DNA of 64,000 nucleotides from the NCBI GenBank assembly GCA_963798845.1, contig CAWCUS010000002.1, positions 768,001 through 832,000 on the forward strand. The letters run 5' to 3'. This document shows positions 56,793 to 64,000 of the stretch, one piece after another; the first letter of the stretch is position 1; each line of letters begins with the position of its first letter. The position numbers and the translations under genes are program-made. The notes under the pieces are model-generated. The model was not told where the DNA came from and did not search any database. It saw only the letters and a program-made list of their open reading frames with translations. The stretch comes from an uncultured Gemmatimonadales bacterium (lineage in GTDB: Bacteria > Gemmatimonadota > Gemmatimonadetes > Longimicrobiales > RSA9).

Positions 56793-58100
56793 GTGGCTGA
56801 GCGCCATCCGGAGGGGGTGCGATCCGACATCCTCGACGAAGCGGGGGTGGAGGGCTGGGGTCGTCGCATCGGGGAAGCGGCGGTGGCCGGGGAGATCCGC
56901 CTGCCACTGGTGGTGGCGCTGCGCGGGCCGCTGGGCGCGGGGAAGTCGGTGCTGGCGCGCGCGGTGGCACGCGGGGCGGGCGTCGCGCAGCCAATGCCGT
57001 CGCCCACGTACAACCTCCTTTTCAGCTACGAGGCGAGCGGGGGGTTGAGGGTGCATCACCTGGACCTGTACCGGCTGGAGGACCCGGAGGACGTGTGGGA
57101 GCTGGGCTGGCAGGAGCTGGGTGACGGCGGAGAGATCGTGCTGATCGAGTGGCCGGACCGGGCGGAGTCGCTGCTGGCGCCGGACCGCTGGGAGGTGAGT
57201 CTGAGCTTCGCGCGGGCGTCGGAATCGGGAGCGGGCCCGTGGCCGGGCACGGACGCGGGCACGGACGCGGGCACGGACGCGGGCACGCACGGGCCCCGGG
57301 GCGCGAAGCCTGGCGGTCTGCGGCGGATCACGGTGGAGCGGGTGGGGGATGCGGCGGACGTGGTGCCCCTTCCGGGACCGGACCCGGGCTCGTCGGGTGG
57401 GGCCGGCGAGGAGGAGGCGGGGATGATCAGTGTGGCGATCGAGACGGCCACGGCGGTGGGAAGCGTGGCGGTGGGGCGGGACGAGCGGGTGCTCGCGGAA
57501 GTGGCGATCGGGATCCAGTCCCGGCACGCGGAGAAGGTGCTGCCGGCGCTGGAGGCGGCGCTGGGGCTGGCCGGTGTATCGCGCGCCGAGATCGGCGAGG
57601 TGGTCGTGGGCGCGGGACCCGGTTCGTTCACGGGAGTGAGGGTGGCCGGGGCCACGGCCAAGGGGCTCGCGACGGCGCTGGATGTCCCGCTGGTCGCCTA
57701 CTCGAGCCTGCTGGCGCTGGCGGCGGGCGTGCCGTGGAACGGGCCGGTCTGCGCGCTGCTCGACGCGCGCCGGGGCGAGTGCTATGCGGGCGCGTGGCGC
57801 GTCGGCGAAGAAGAGCTGACGGTGCTGCTCGAGCCCGCCGTCGGGCCCGCGCAGCGCTTCGGCCCGGCGGCGCTGGGCAGGGGCGGCGAGGTCCTGTACG
57901 TGGGCGACGGGGCGGTGAAGTACGCAGCGGCGCTGCGGTCCGTGGGCGCTCGCGTCGGCTTGCCGGCGGCATTCCCGCGGGCGTCGGCGCTGCTCTGGCT
58001 GGCGGCATCGCATCGGTCCGCCGGCGAAGTGGACGACGTCGCCGCATGGGAGCCGGACTACGTGCGGAGGTCGAGCGCGGAGAGGGGGGTGCGCGGCTAG
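56793..58100 (+). CDS. tsaE-tsaB: TsaE domain in frame with TsaB domain (apparent fusion; TsaB ATG at 57423)
   Basis: LRGPLGAGKS, SPTYNL, HLDLYRL, LIEWPDR (TsaE); IETAT, GPGSFTGVRV, LDARRGECY, EPDYVR (TsaB). Confidence 0.88.
   Translation: MAERHPEGVRSDILDEAGVEGWGRRIGEAAVAGEIRLPLVVALRGPLGAGKSVLARAVARGAGVAQPMPSPTYNLLFSYEASGGLRVHHLDLYRLEDPEDVWELGWQELGDGGEIVLIEWPDRAESLLAPDRWEVSLSFARASESGAGPWPGTDAGTDAGTDAGTHGPRGAKPGGLRRITVERVGDAADVVPLPGPDPGSSGGAGEEEAGMISVAIETATAVGSVAVGRDERVLAEVAIGIQSRHAEKVLPALEAALGLAGVSRAEIGEVVVGAGPGSFTGVRVAGATAKGLATALDVPLVAYSSLLALAAGVPWNGPVCALLDARRGECYAGAWRVGEEELTVLLEPAVGPAQRFGPAALGRGGEVLYVGDGAVKYAAALRSVGARVGLPAAFPRASALLWLAASHRSAGEVDDVAAWEPDYVRRSSAERGVRG
57245..57287 (+). repeat. 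12-bp tandem repeat (gggcacggacgc) x3.5 encoding GTDA
   Basis: Directly visible in the tsaE-tsaB linker. Confidence 0.85.
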
Positions 58101-58556
58101 ATGGCCAGCGTCGGGGAGATCGTGGTCCGTCGCATGACGGAGCGGGACCTGGGGGACGTCATGAGCATCGAGCGGGCGTCCTTCACGGTGCCGTGGACGC
58201 TCGGTACGTTCCTCGCGCTCCTGCGTCGCGAGGACGCCCACCTGTTCGTGGCGGAGCGGGGAGACGACATCGTGGGGTACGCGGCGCTGTGGATCGTGCT
58301 GGACCAGGCCGAGCTCGGGGACATCGCGGTGGCGGAAGGGAACCGTCGGCAGGGGATCGGCGCGCGCCTGCTGGCGGCCGTGTTCGAGTGCGTGGCCGAG
58401 CGCGGGGTGCGGGAGGTCTTCCTGGAAGTGCGGGTGTCGAATGCAAATGCGCGCAGCCTCTACACACGGCACGGCTTCGAGGAGGTCGGGCGGCGGCGGA
58501 ACTACTACACGTGGCCGCGGGAGGACGCGCTCGTCCTGAAGCGGGCGATGCGGTGA
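58101..58556 (+). CDS. rimI: Ribosomal protein S18 alanine N-acetyltransferase
   Basis: GNAT motif RRQGIG, LEVRVSN..A..LY..GF, RRNYY..EDAL; follows tsaB. Confidence 0.92.
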   Translation: MASVGEIVVRRMTERDLGDVMSIERASFTVPWTLGTFLALLRREDAHLFVAERGDDIVGYAALWIVLDQAELGDIAVAEGNRRQGIGARLLAAVFECVAERGVREVFLEVRVSNANARSLYTRHGFEEVGRRRNYYTWPREDALVLKRAMR

Positions 58557-58641
58557 GGCCGGGCAGCCCGGCCGGTGAGGCCCGGGTCGAATGTGGCTGC
58601 ATTTCAATGGCTTCCCCGTCAGCCCGCGCCATTCATGTGCG

Positions 58642-58670
58642 TTGACACCGTCCCCGCGCTCGCCTAGCTT
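58642..58670 (+). promoter_or_regulatory. Sigma70 promoter upstream of the LysM gene
   Basis: TTGACA-N17-TAGCTT. Confidence 0.7.
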
Positions 58671-58790
58671 TGCCCTGTTCTCCCCACCGTAGAGGATGCC
58701 GCCCGGGGCGATCCGGTCACAGCCGTATCCCCAGGGAGACATCTGTGCGGCCCGCACGCGAAGAGGACCTGCTCTGGAAGGAGGGCCACC

Positions 58791-59933
58791 ATGAAACTGG
58801 TGACCGTGAGCCTCGTCGGGCTGCTGGTCGTGCTCCCGCTGAAGGCACAGGAACCGTCGGGAGCGCCGGTGCGGCCGGACACGGCGCCGGAGAAGCTGGC
58901 GCGGGAGCACGTGGTGAAGAAGGGGGACACGCTCTGGGACCTCGCGGGATTCTATTTCCACGACGCGTTCCGGTGGCCGATCATCTACCGGGCGAACACG
59001 TCGGTGGTGGAGGATCCGCACTGGATCTACCCGCGCGAGGTGCTGGTCATCCCGGGGCTGTACGAGTCGGTGGCGCGGGACGCCACCGTGGCCGAGGTTC
59101 GGCCGGTGGCGAGGGTTCGCGAGCAGCCGCTGCGGACCGTGTTCTACCGGCTTCCGCCGCCGCCCATGCAGCGGTCGAATCCGACGGTCCTGGGCGATCC
59201 GACGATGCGCCGGATCCCCGTGACCCCGGCGGAGTACGCCACCGCGCCCTTCGTGGCGGACCCGGAGGCGCTGACCCCGTATGGCCAGGTGATCCGGCCG
59301 CAGCGTCAGATGGGGGACGTCTCCGGGATCATCTCGACGGCGCATCCGAAGGACCTGCTCTACGTCTCGTACGCCTCGTCGGCGCGCCCGCGGATGGGCG
59401 ACCGGCTGCTGGTGGTGAACGTGGGCGAGCAGGTGCTCGGGGGCCGGGCGATGATCCCGGCGGGGATCGTGCAGGTGCTCCGGCTGGATGACGAAGTCAT
59501 GGAGACGCGCCTGGACGCGCAGTTCGACCCGGTGGAGCGGGGTCAGCTGGTGATTCCCCTCGAGATGTTCCCGGACTTCCTCGCCGAGGCGCCGGAGCCC
59601 GTGGAAGGGGGCGGCGACCTGGAAGGCCACCTGGTCCGGTTCGTGGACCGACAGGTGCTGTACGGCCCGACCGACCTCGGCTTCATCGACCTCGGCTCGC
59701 GCGACGGGGTCAGCGTCGGCGACGAGTTCGTGGCGTACGTCCCCTCGCGGGCGTCGCGCGCAGGCGGCGTCGGGGTATACGGGCACGACAGCGAGACGCT
59801 GCCGGCGCAGACGGTCGGCGTGCTGCGCGTGGTCCACGTCTCCGAGGCGTCGGCCACGGTGAAGGTGGACCAGGTGGTGGTCCCGGAGCTGGAGGACGGC
59901 ATGCAGGTCCGCCGGGTCCGCAAGATGCCATGA
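58791..59933 (+). CDS. LysM peptidoglycan-binding secreted protein
   Basis: Signal peptide; HVVKKGDTLWDLA..WPIIY..N..DPHWIYP; GGAGG RBS. Confidence 0.88.
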   Translation: MKLVTVSLVGLLVVLPLKAQEPSGAPVRPDTAPEKLAREHVVKKGDTLWDLAGFYFHDAFRWPIIYRANTSVVEDPHWIYPREVLVIPGLYESVARDATVAEVRPVARVREQPLRTVFYRLPPPPMQRSNPTVLGDPTMRRIPVTPAEYATAPFVADPEALTPYGQVIRPQRQMGDVSGIISTAHPKDLLYVSYASSARPRMGDRLLVVNVGEQVLGGRAMIPAGIVQVLRLDDEVMETRLDAQFDPVERGQLVIPLEMFPDFLAEAPEPVEGGGDLEGHLVRFVDRQVLYGPTDLGFIDLGSRDGVSVGDEFVAYVPSRASRAGGVGVYGHDSETLPAQTVGVLRVVHVSEASATVKVDQVVVPELEDGMQVRRVRKMP

Positions 59934-60091
59934 GGATTTGAAGGACCGGGGCAGGCTGCACGGCGGCCGCCGCTTCCCGGAGGCGGTGGGCCGCCGTCGC
60001 ACATTCGAGATCCGGACACCTCGTCGCCGCGCCGGACCGCGCCCGGGAGGGTCGCGGCGGACGGGCGCAGACCATCCGAGAGAGGAGTGGC

Positions 60092-61045
60092 ATGGGTCGT
60101 AACGTGCTGGTGACAGGCGGGGCGGGATTCATCGGTAGCCACGTGGCGGACGCGTTCCTGGCGGAGGGAGACCGGGTCTGGATCGTGGACGACCTGTCCA
60201 GCGGTCGGGAGTCGAATCTCCCCGGCGGTGCGGAGTTCCACCGCATGGCGATCGGCGACGAGGGGCTGAGCGAGCTCTTCGACCGGATCCGCTTCGACGT
60301 GGTGGCCCACCACGCGGCCCAGATCGACGTTCGCGTCAGCGTGGCCGATCCGCGCCGGGACGCGCGCACGAACGTGGATGGGCTCCTGAACGTGCTGGAG
60401 AACGCTCGCCGGCACCGCAGCCGCGTGGTCTACATCAGCTCGGGCGGCGTGGTGTACGGGGAGCCCGACGTCCGGCCGACACCGGAAACCGCGCCGAAGC
60501 TGCCTGCGTCCCCGTACGGCGTGACGAAGCTGGCGGGGGAGCAGTATCTGTACTACTACGCCCGGGTCCACAGCCTGGAGTATGTGGCGCTCCGCTACTC
60601 GAACGTGTACGGTCCCCGTCAGGACCCGCACGGGGAGGCCGGAGTGGTGGCGATCTTCGGGACTCGGATCCTGGGCGGGCGCCCGCTCACCGTCTTCGGA
60701 GACGGGGAGCAGACGCGCGACTACGTGTTCGTGGGCGACGTCGTGGCCGCCAACCTGGTCGCGGCCTCACTGCCGGTCGGGCCGGTGGGAACCGATCTGG
60801 ACACGCGCGCCTACAACGTGGGGACCGGGATCGAGACGTCCGTGAACACGCTGGCGGCCGAGATCATGGCCGCGGGTGAACGGGATGTGGATGTGGAGCA
60901 CGCGGCGGCGCGCCCGGGCGAGCTGCTGCACTCGTCGCTGGACATTTCGAAGCTGGAGGCGGCCGGGTGGTCGCCCCGGACGGAACTCCGCGACGGGCTG
61001 CGTCGAACGCTGGAATACCTCGAACGGGAGACGGTGAGCCGGTGA
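60092..61045 (+). CDS. NAD-dependent epimerase/dehydratase (UDP-glucose 4-epimerase-like)
   Basis: [49 protein letters not shown]. Confidence 0.9.
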   Translation: MGRNVLVTGGAGFIGSHVADAFLAEGDRVWIVDDLSSGRESNLPGGAEFHRMAIGDEGLSELFDRIRFDVVAHHAAQIDVRVSVADPRRDARTNVDGLLNVLENARRHRSRVVYISSGGVVYGEPDVRPTPETAPKLPASPYGVTKLAGEQYLYYYARVHSLEYVALRYSNVYGPRQDPHGEAGVVAIFGTRILGGRPLTVFGDGEQTRDYVFVGDVVAANLVAASLPVGPVGTDLDTRAYNVGTGIETSVNTLAAEIMAAGERDVDVEHAAARPGELLHSSLDISKLEAAGWSPRTELRDGLRRTLEYLERETVSR

Positions 61046-61756
61046 ACCTGATGGCACAGGCGAGGCCCGGCATGCAAGGGCCCCTGGAGATGATCCTGGG
61101 CGGGACGATCTCGACGCAGATCATCCTCGTGGTGCTGGCGGTGTTCTCCCTAGCGAGCTGGGCGGTCATGTTCTGGAAGTGGGGGCAGTTCCGGAAGCTG
61201 CGGCGCCAGGGAGTGCGCTTCCTCGCCGTCATCGAGAAGACGCAGCGGCTGCGCGACGCGTACCGGACGCTCACCCGCCTCCCGGAGTCCCCGTACACGA
61301 GCGTGTTCCGGCAGGGCCTCACCTTCTTCGACGAGCTTCGGCCTGGCACGCTGACCGGTGAAGAGAAGGCGAGCGAAGGCCTGAGCGAGTCGCAGCTGCA
61401 GGCGCTCTGGCTGGTGCTGGAGAAATCCCAGGCCGACGAGCGCGACACCCTCGCCGCCGGCCTGCCCTGGCTGGCCGTGGTCGGCTCGGTCTCCCCTCTC
61501 CTCGGCCTGCTCGGCACCGTGATCGGCGTCATGAACGCCTTTCTCGGCATCAGCGCCGTCGGGAGCGCAAACATTGGCGCCGTCGCGCCGGGCGTGGCCG
61601 AAGCGCTCGTGACCACGGTAGCCGGCCTCACCGCCGCCATTCCGGCCGTGATCGGCTACAACCTGTTCGTGAGCCGGCTCAACGCGTTCGGCGGCGAGCT
61701 CGAAGGCTTCGCGTCGGAGTTCATTCGGGACTCTCGCGAAGGAGCGACTGCTTTGA
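61042..61756 (+). CDS. tolQ: MotA/TolQ/ExbB proton channel protein (apparent +1 frameshift near 61724 just before the natural end)
   Basis: SPLLGLLGTVIGVM, VAPGVAEALVTT.AGL..AIPAV; removing one base gives EFIGTLAKERLL-stop at 61756. Confidence 0.85.
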
Positions 61757-62272
61757 GGGGGGCTCGGCCGCTTCGCGGCCTCGCAGAGGGGCTCGGCCTG
61801 CGGCCTCGCAGAGGGGCTCGGCCTGCGGCCTCGCAGAGGGGCTCGGCCTGCGGCCTCGCAGAGGGGCTCGGCCTGCGGCCTCGCAGAGGGGCTCGGCTTT
61901 CGGCCTCGCAGAGGGGCTCGGCCTTCGGCCTCGCAGAGGGGCTCGGCCGCCTTGCGGCCTCGCAGGCAGGCTCGGCCTTGCGGCCTCGCAGGGCGAGCGC
62001 AGCGAGCCCCACCGCGAGGCGCAGCCGAGCGCCCCTGCGAGCGCAGCGAGCCCCTCTGCGAGGCGCAGCCGAGCCCCTCTGCGAGCGAAGCGAGCCCCTC
62101 TGCGAGCGCAGCGAGCCCCTCTGCGAGCGCAGCGAGCCCCTCTGCGAGCGCAGCGAGCCCCTCTGCGAGCGAAGCGAGCCCCTCTGCGAGCGCAGCGAGC
62201 CCCTCTGCGAGCGCAGCGAGCCCCTCTGCGAGCGCAGCGAGCCCCTCTGCGAACGCCGCGAGCCCCTCTGCG
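61755..62272. repeat. Two inverted tandem arrays forming a ~520-bp quasi-palindrome
   Basis: Left: 7 perfect TCGCAGAGGGGCTCG cores at 25-bp period. Right: 10 perfect CGAGCCCCTCTGCGA cores (the reverse complement) at mostly 21-bp period. Centre near 61991. Confidence 0.95.
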
Positions 62273-62342
62273 CGGCCGCGACGCGGCCGCGCCCCCCTGC
62301 GGCGCCGCAACGCGCCTGGCCCGCCGCCGGAGGCGCCCCCTG

Positions 62343-62783
62343 ATGTGGCGTGCCTCGAGCTCGAGCGGCCGGGCGTCGCTGCCGCTCACCGCGGACATCA
62401 ACGTCACGAGCCTGGTGGACGTGGCGTTCACGCTGCTGGTGATCTTCATCATCACGGCGCCGATCCTCCAGGGCGGGGTGGAGGTGGAGCTGCCGCGGGC
62501 GGAAGCGGGGCCGATCACGCAGGGCGAGGGGGTGATCGTGAGCATGGCGGCGGACGGCAAGATCTACCTCGACGACGCGCCCATGGCGTCGCGCGAGGAG
62601 TTCCTCCAGTTCTTCCCCCAGTACATGCAGGACAACGCGGGAGAGCCGGTGTTCGTGCGGGCGGACCGGAGCGTGGCGTACGGCGAGGTGATGCAGCTGT
62701 TCTCGCTGCTGCGGCAGCTGGACGTCGCGGAAGTGAACCTCGTGCTGGAGAGCCCGCCGCGGGAGCGGCGCGGCGGCGAGTGA
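62343..62783 (+). CDS. tolR: Biopolymer transporter ExbD/TolR
   Basis: INVTSLVDVAFTLLVIFIITAP, VELP, VRADRSVAYG. Confidence 0.9.
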   Translation: MWRASSSSGRASLPLTADINVTSLVDVAFTLLVIFIITAPILQGGVEVELPRAEAGPITQGEGVIVSMAADGKIYLDDAPMASREEFLQFFPQYMQDNAGEPVFVRADRSVAYGEVMQLFSLLRQLDVAEVNLVLESPPRERRGGE

Positions 62784-62802
62784 GCGGGAGGGAGTCGGCG
62801 CG

Positions 62803-63489
62803 GTGAGCGACCGTCGTCCGGGGGCGAAGCCGGTAGGGATCTCGGTGCTGCTGCACGTGGCGGTGCTGGTACCGGTGCTCGTCGTGGCTCGGCTACCGGA
62901 GCCGATCGAGTTCGAGACCGTGAAGATCCACCTGGTCTCGGCTCCGCCCGCCGCGGTGGCGAAGCCGGCGCCGGCGGTGGTCGAGACCGAGCCCGAGCCG
63001 GAGCCGGAAAAGCCGCCGCCGAAGGTGGAGCCGAAGCCGGAAGCGACGCCGGAGAAGAAGCCGCCGCCGGAGCCGGCGAAGAAAAGGGAAGAGCCGAAGC
63101 CGAAGGTCGAGAAGCGGCCGGAGACGGAGACGTCGGAGCCGAAGCCGGAGGCGCCGCCTGCCGACGTGAGTGGCCAGGGGCTGAACGTGGCCACGGAAGG
63201 GAAGGATTTCCCCTTCCCGGATTACCTGGAGAATGTGATCATCCAGATTCACCGCTATCTCCGGTGGGACGATCCAACCCAGCCGCAGATGCTGATCTAC
63301 TTCGAGATCACGTCGGACGGGTCGGTGCGGAACGTCCGCCCGTTGCGGCGCTCGGGGAACCCGGTGTTCGACTTCCGGGTGATGGGCGCGATCGAGGCGG
63401 CTTCGAACCGGAAGGCGTTCGGACCCCTCCCGGACGGGTACGCGGCGGACGTGCTGCCGATCCAGCTGGAGGTCGAGCCAGCGCATTGA
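62803..63489 (+). CDS. TolA/TonB-like energy transducer
   Basis: N-terminal TM with SVLLH, Pro/Glu/Lys-rich linker, C-terminal domain (YFEITSDG..SGNPVFD..FGPLP). Confidence 0.8.
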   Translation: MSDRRPGAKPVGISVLLHVAVLVPVLVVARLPEPIEFETVKIHLVSAPPAAVAKPAPAVVETEPEPEPEKPPPKVEPKPEATPEKKPPPEPAKKREEPKPKVEKRPETETSEPKPEAPPADVSGQGLNVATEGKDFPFPDYLENVIIQIHRYLRWDDPTQPQMLIYFEITSDGSVRNVRPLRRSGNPVFDFRVMGAIEAASNRKAFGPLPDGYAADVLPIQLEVEPAH

Positions 63490-64000
63490 TGAGGAACACA
63501 GAAACCCGGGACGCGGGCGAGGCAGTGATCGAACGAAACGAGCGGGGCGCGGGACGGCGGGGCCAGGCGGCGGGACTCGTGCGATGGCTGGCGGCGGGGC
63601 TCCTCGCCCTTGCCGCGTGGCCGCTGGCCGCGGCGGCGCAGCGGCCGGACACGGCCATGCCGAAGGGCGTGCAGCTGAAGCTGACCTACGAGACGCGCTA
63701 CCGGCCCCGGCTCGCGGTGCCGGCGTTCACCGGACAGGACGTCGGCCCGGCGCTGGAAGAGGTGCACCGGATCGTGCAGCGGGACCTGGACTATTCCGAC
63801 CGGTTCCAGATGATGTTCACGATCCCCGAGCAGCTCCAGGACAACCCGGGGAACTACCCGGCGTGGAATTCCCTGAACGTGGTCTACCTCGTCACGGGGA
63901 CGATGGAGCGGGACGAGGCGGGCGGCTACGGCGTGCGACTGGCGCTGCACGACGTCGTTTACGGGGCCGTGAAGGAGATCCGGATGTTCCACCTGCCGGC
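63489..64000 (+). CDS. tolB: TolB-like periplasmic protein (5' part, runs off the window)
   Basis: ATG overlaps the previous stop (TGATG); signal peptide, then IVQRDLDYSDRF typical of the TolB N-domain; tolQRA context. Confidence 0.7.
   Translation, partial: MRNTETRDAGEAVIERNERGAGRRGQAAGLVRWLAAGLLALAAWPLAAAAQRPDTAMPKGVQLKLTYETRYRPRLAVPAFTGQDVGPALEEVHRIVQRDLDYSDRFQMMFTIPEQLQDNPGNYPAWNSLNVVYLVTGTMERDEAGGYGVRLALHDVVYGAVKEIRMFHLP

Noticed and set aside
56592..60002. 1136-aa minus-strand ORF and many other long antisense or alternate-frame ORFs (e.g. 43117..45732, 48692..51043, 46044..48209)
   Set aside because: These are Arg/Pro/Ala-rich shadow ORFs overlapping well-supported genes, expected at high GC
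61755..62272. Repeat array as a CRISPR array
   Set aside because: The inter-repeat segments are 6-10 bp and nearly identical rather than unique ~30-bp spacers, and there are no cas genes in the window

Overview
This is a very GC-rich (roughly 70% by eye) bacterial chromosomal window. Gene content and order suggest a diderm organism such as Gemmatimonadota (inference). From left to right it contains: (1) nucleotide-sugar and envelope genes (DegT aminotransferase, ugd, two TPR proteins, lhgO, bamD, rfbDBAC); (2) a lipoprotein under a c-di-GMP-I riboswitch, divergent from a large Wzx/Wzy polysaccharide locus (wzi, priming transferase, GDP-mannose 3,5-epimerase, GT4/GT9/GT92 glycosyltransferases, sulfotransferase, AsnB-like amidotransferase, FkbM methyltransferase, convergent wza-wzc); (3) secA (heavily frameshifted), nadD, radC, a long SLBB export protein and rel; (4) a PAPS-supply operon (cysQ-cysC-SLC13-sat) with no reductase; (5) uvrB and an accessory block (four-helix-bundle protein, TPR protein, Cys-rich lipoprotein, orphan protein, SARP/BTAD regulator); (6) an in-frame tsaE-tsaB ORF, rimI, a LysM protein, an epimerase and tolQ-tolR-tolA/tonB-tolB. 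The two most notable observations are a ~520-bp quasi-palindrome of two inverted tandem arrays with mini-hairpin linkers between tolQ and tolR, and a gene set that could make a sulfated, L-galactose-containing exopolysaccharide. Several single-base frameshifts (secA, wzc, tolQ, one lipoprotein) look like sequencing errors.
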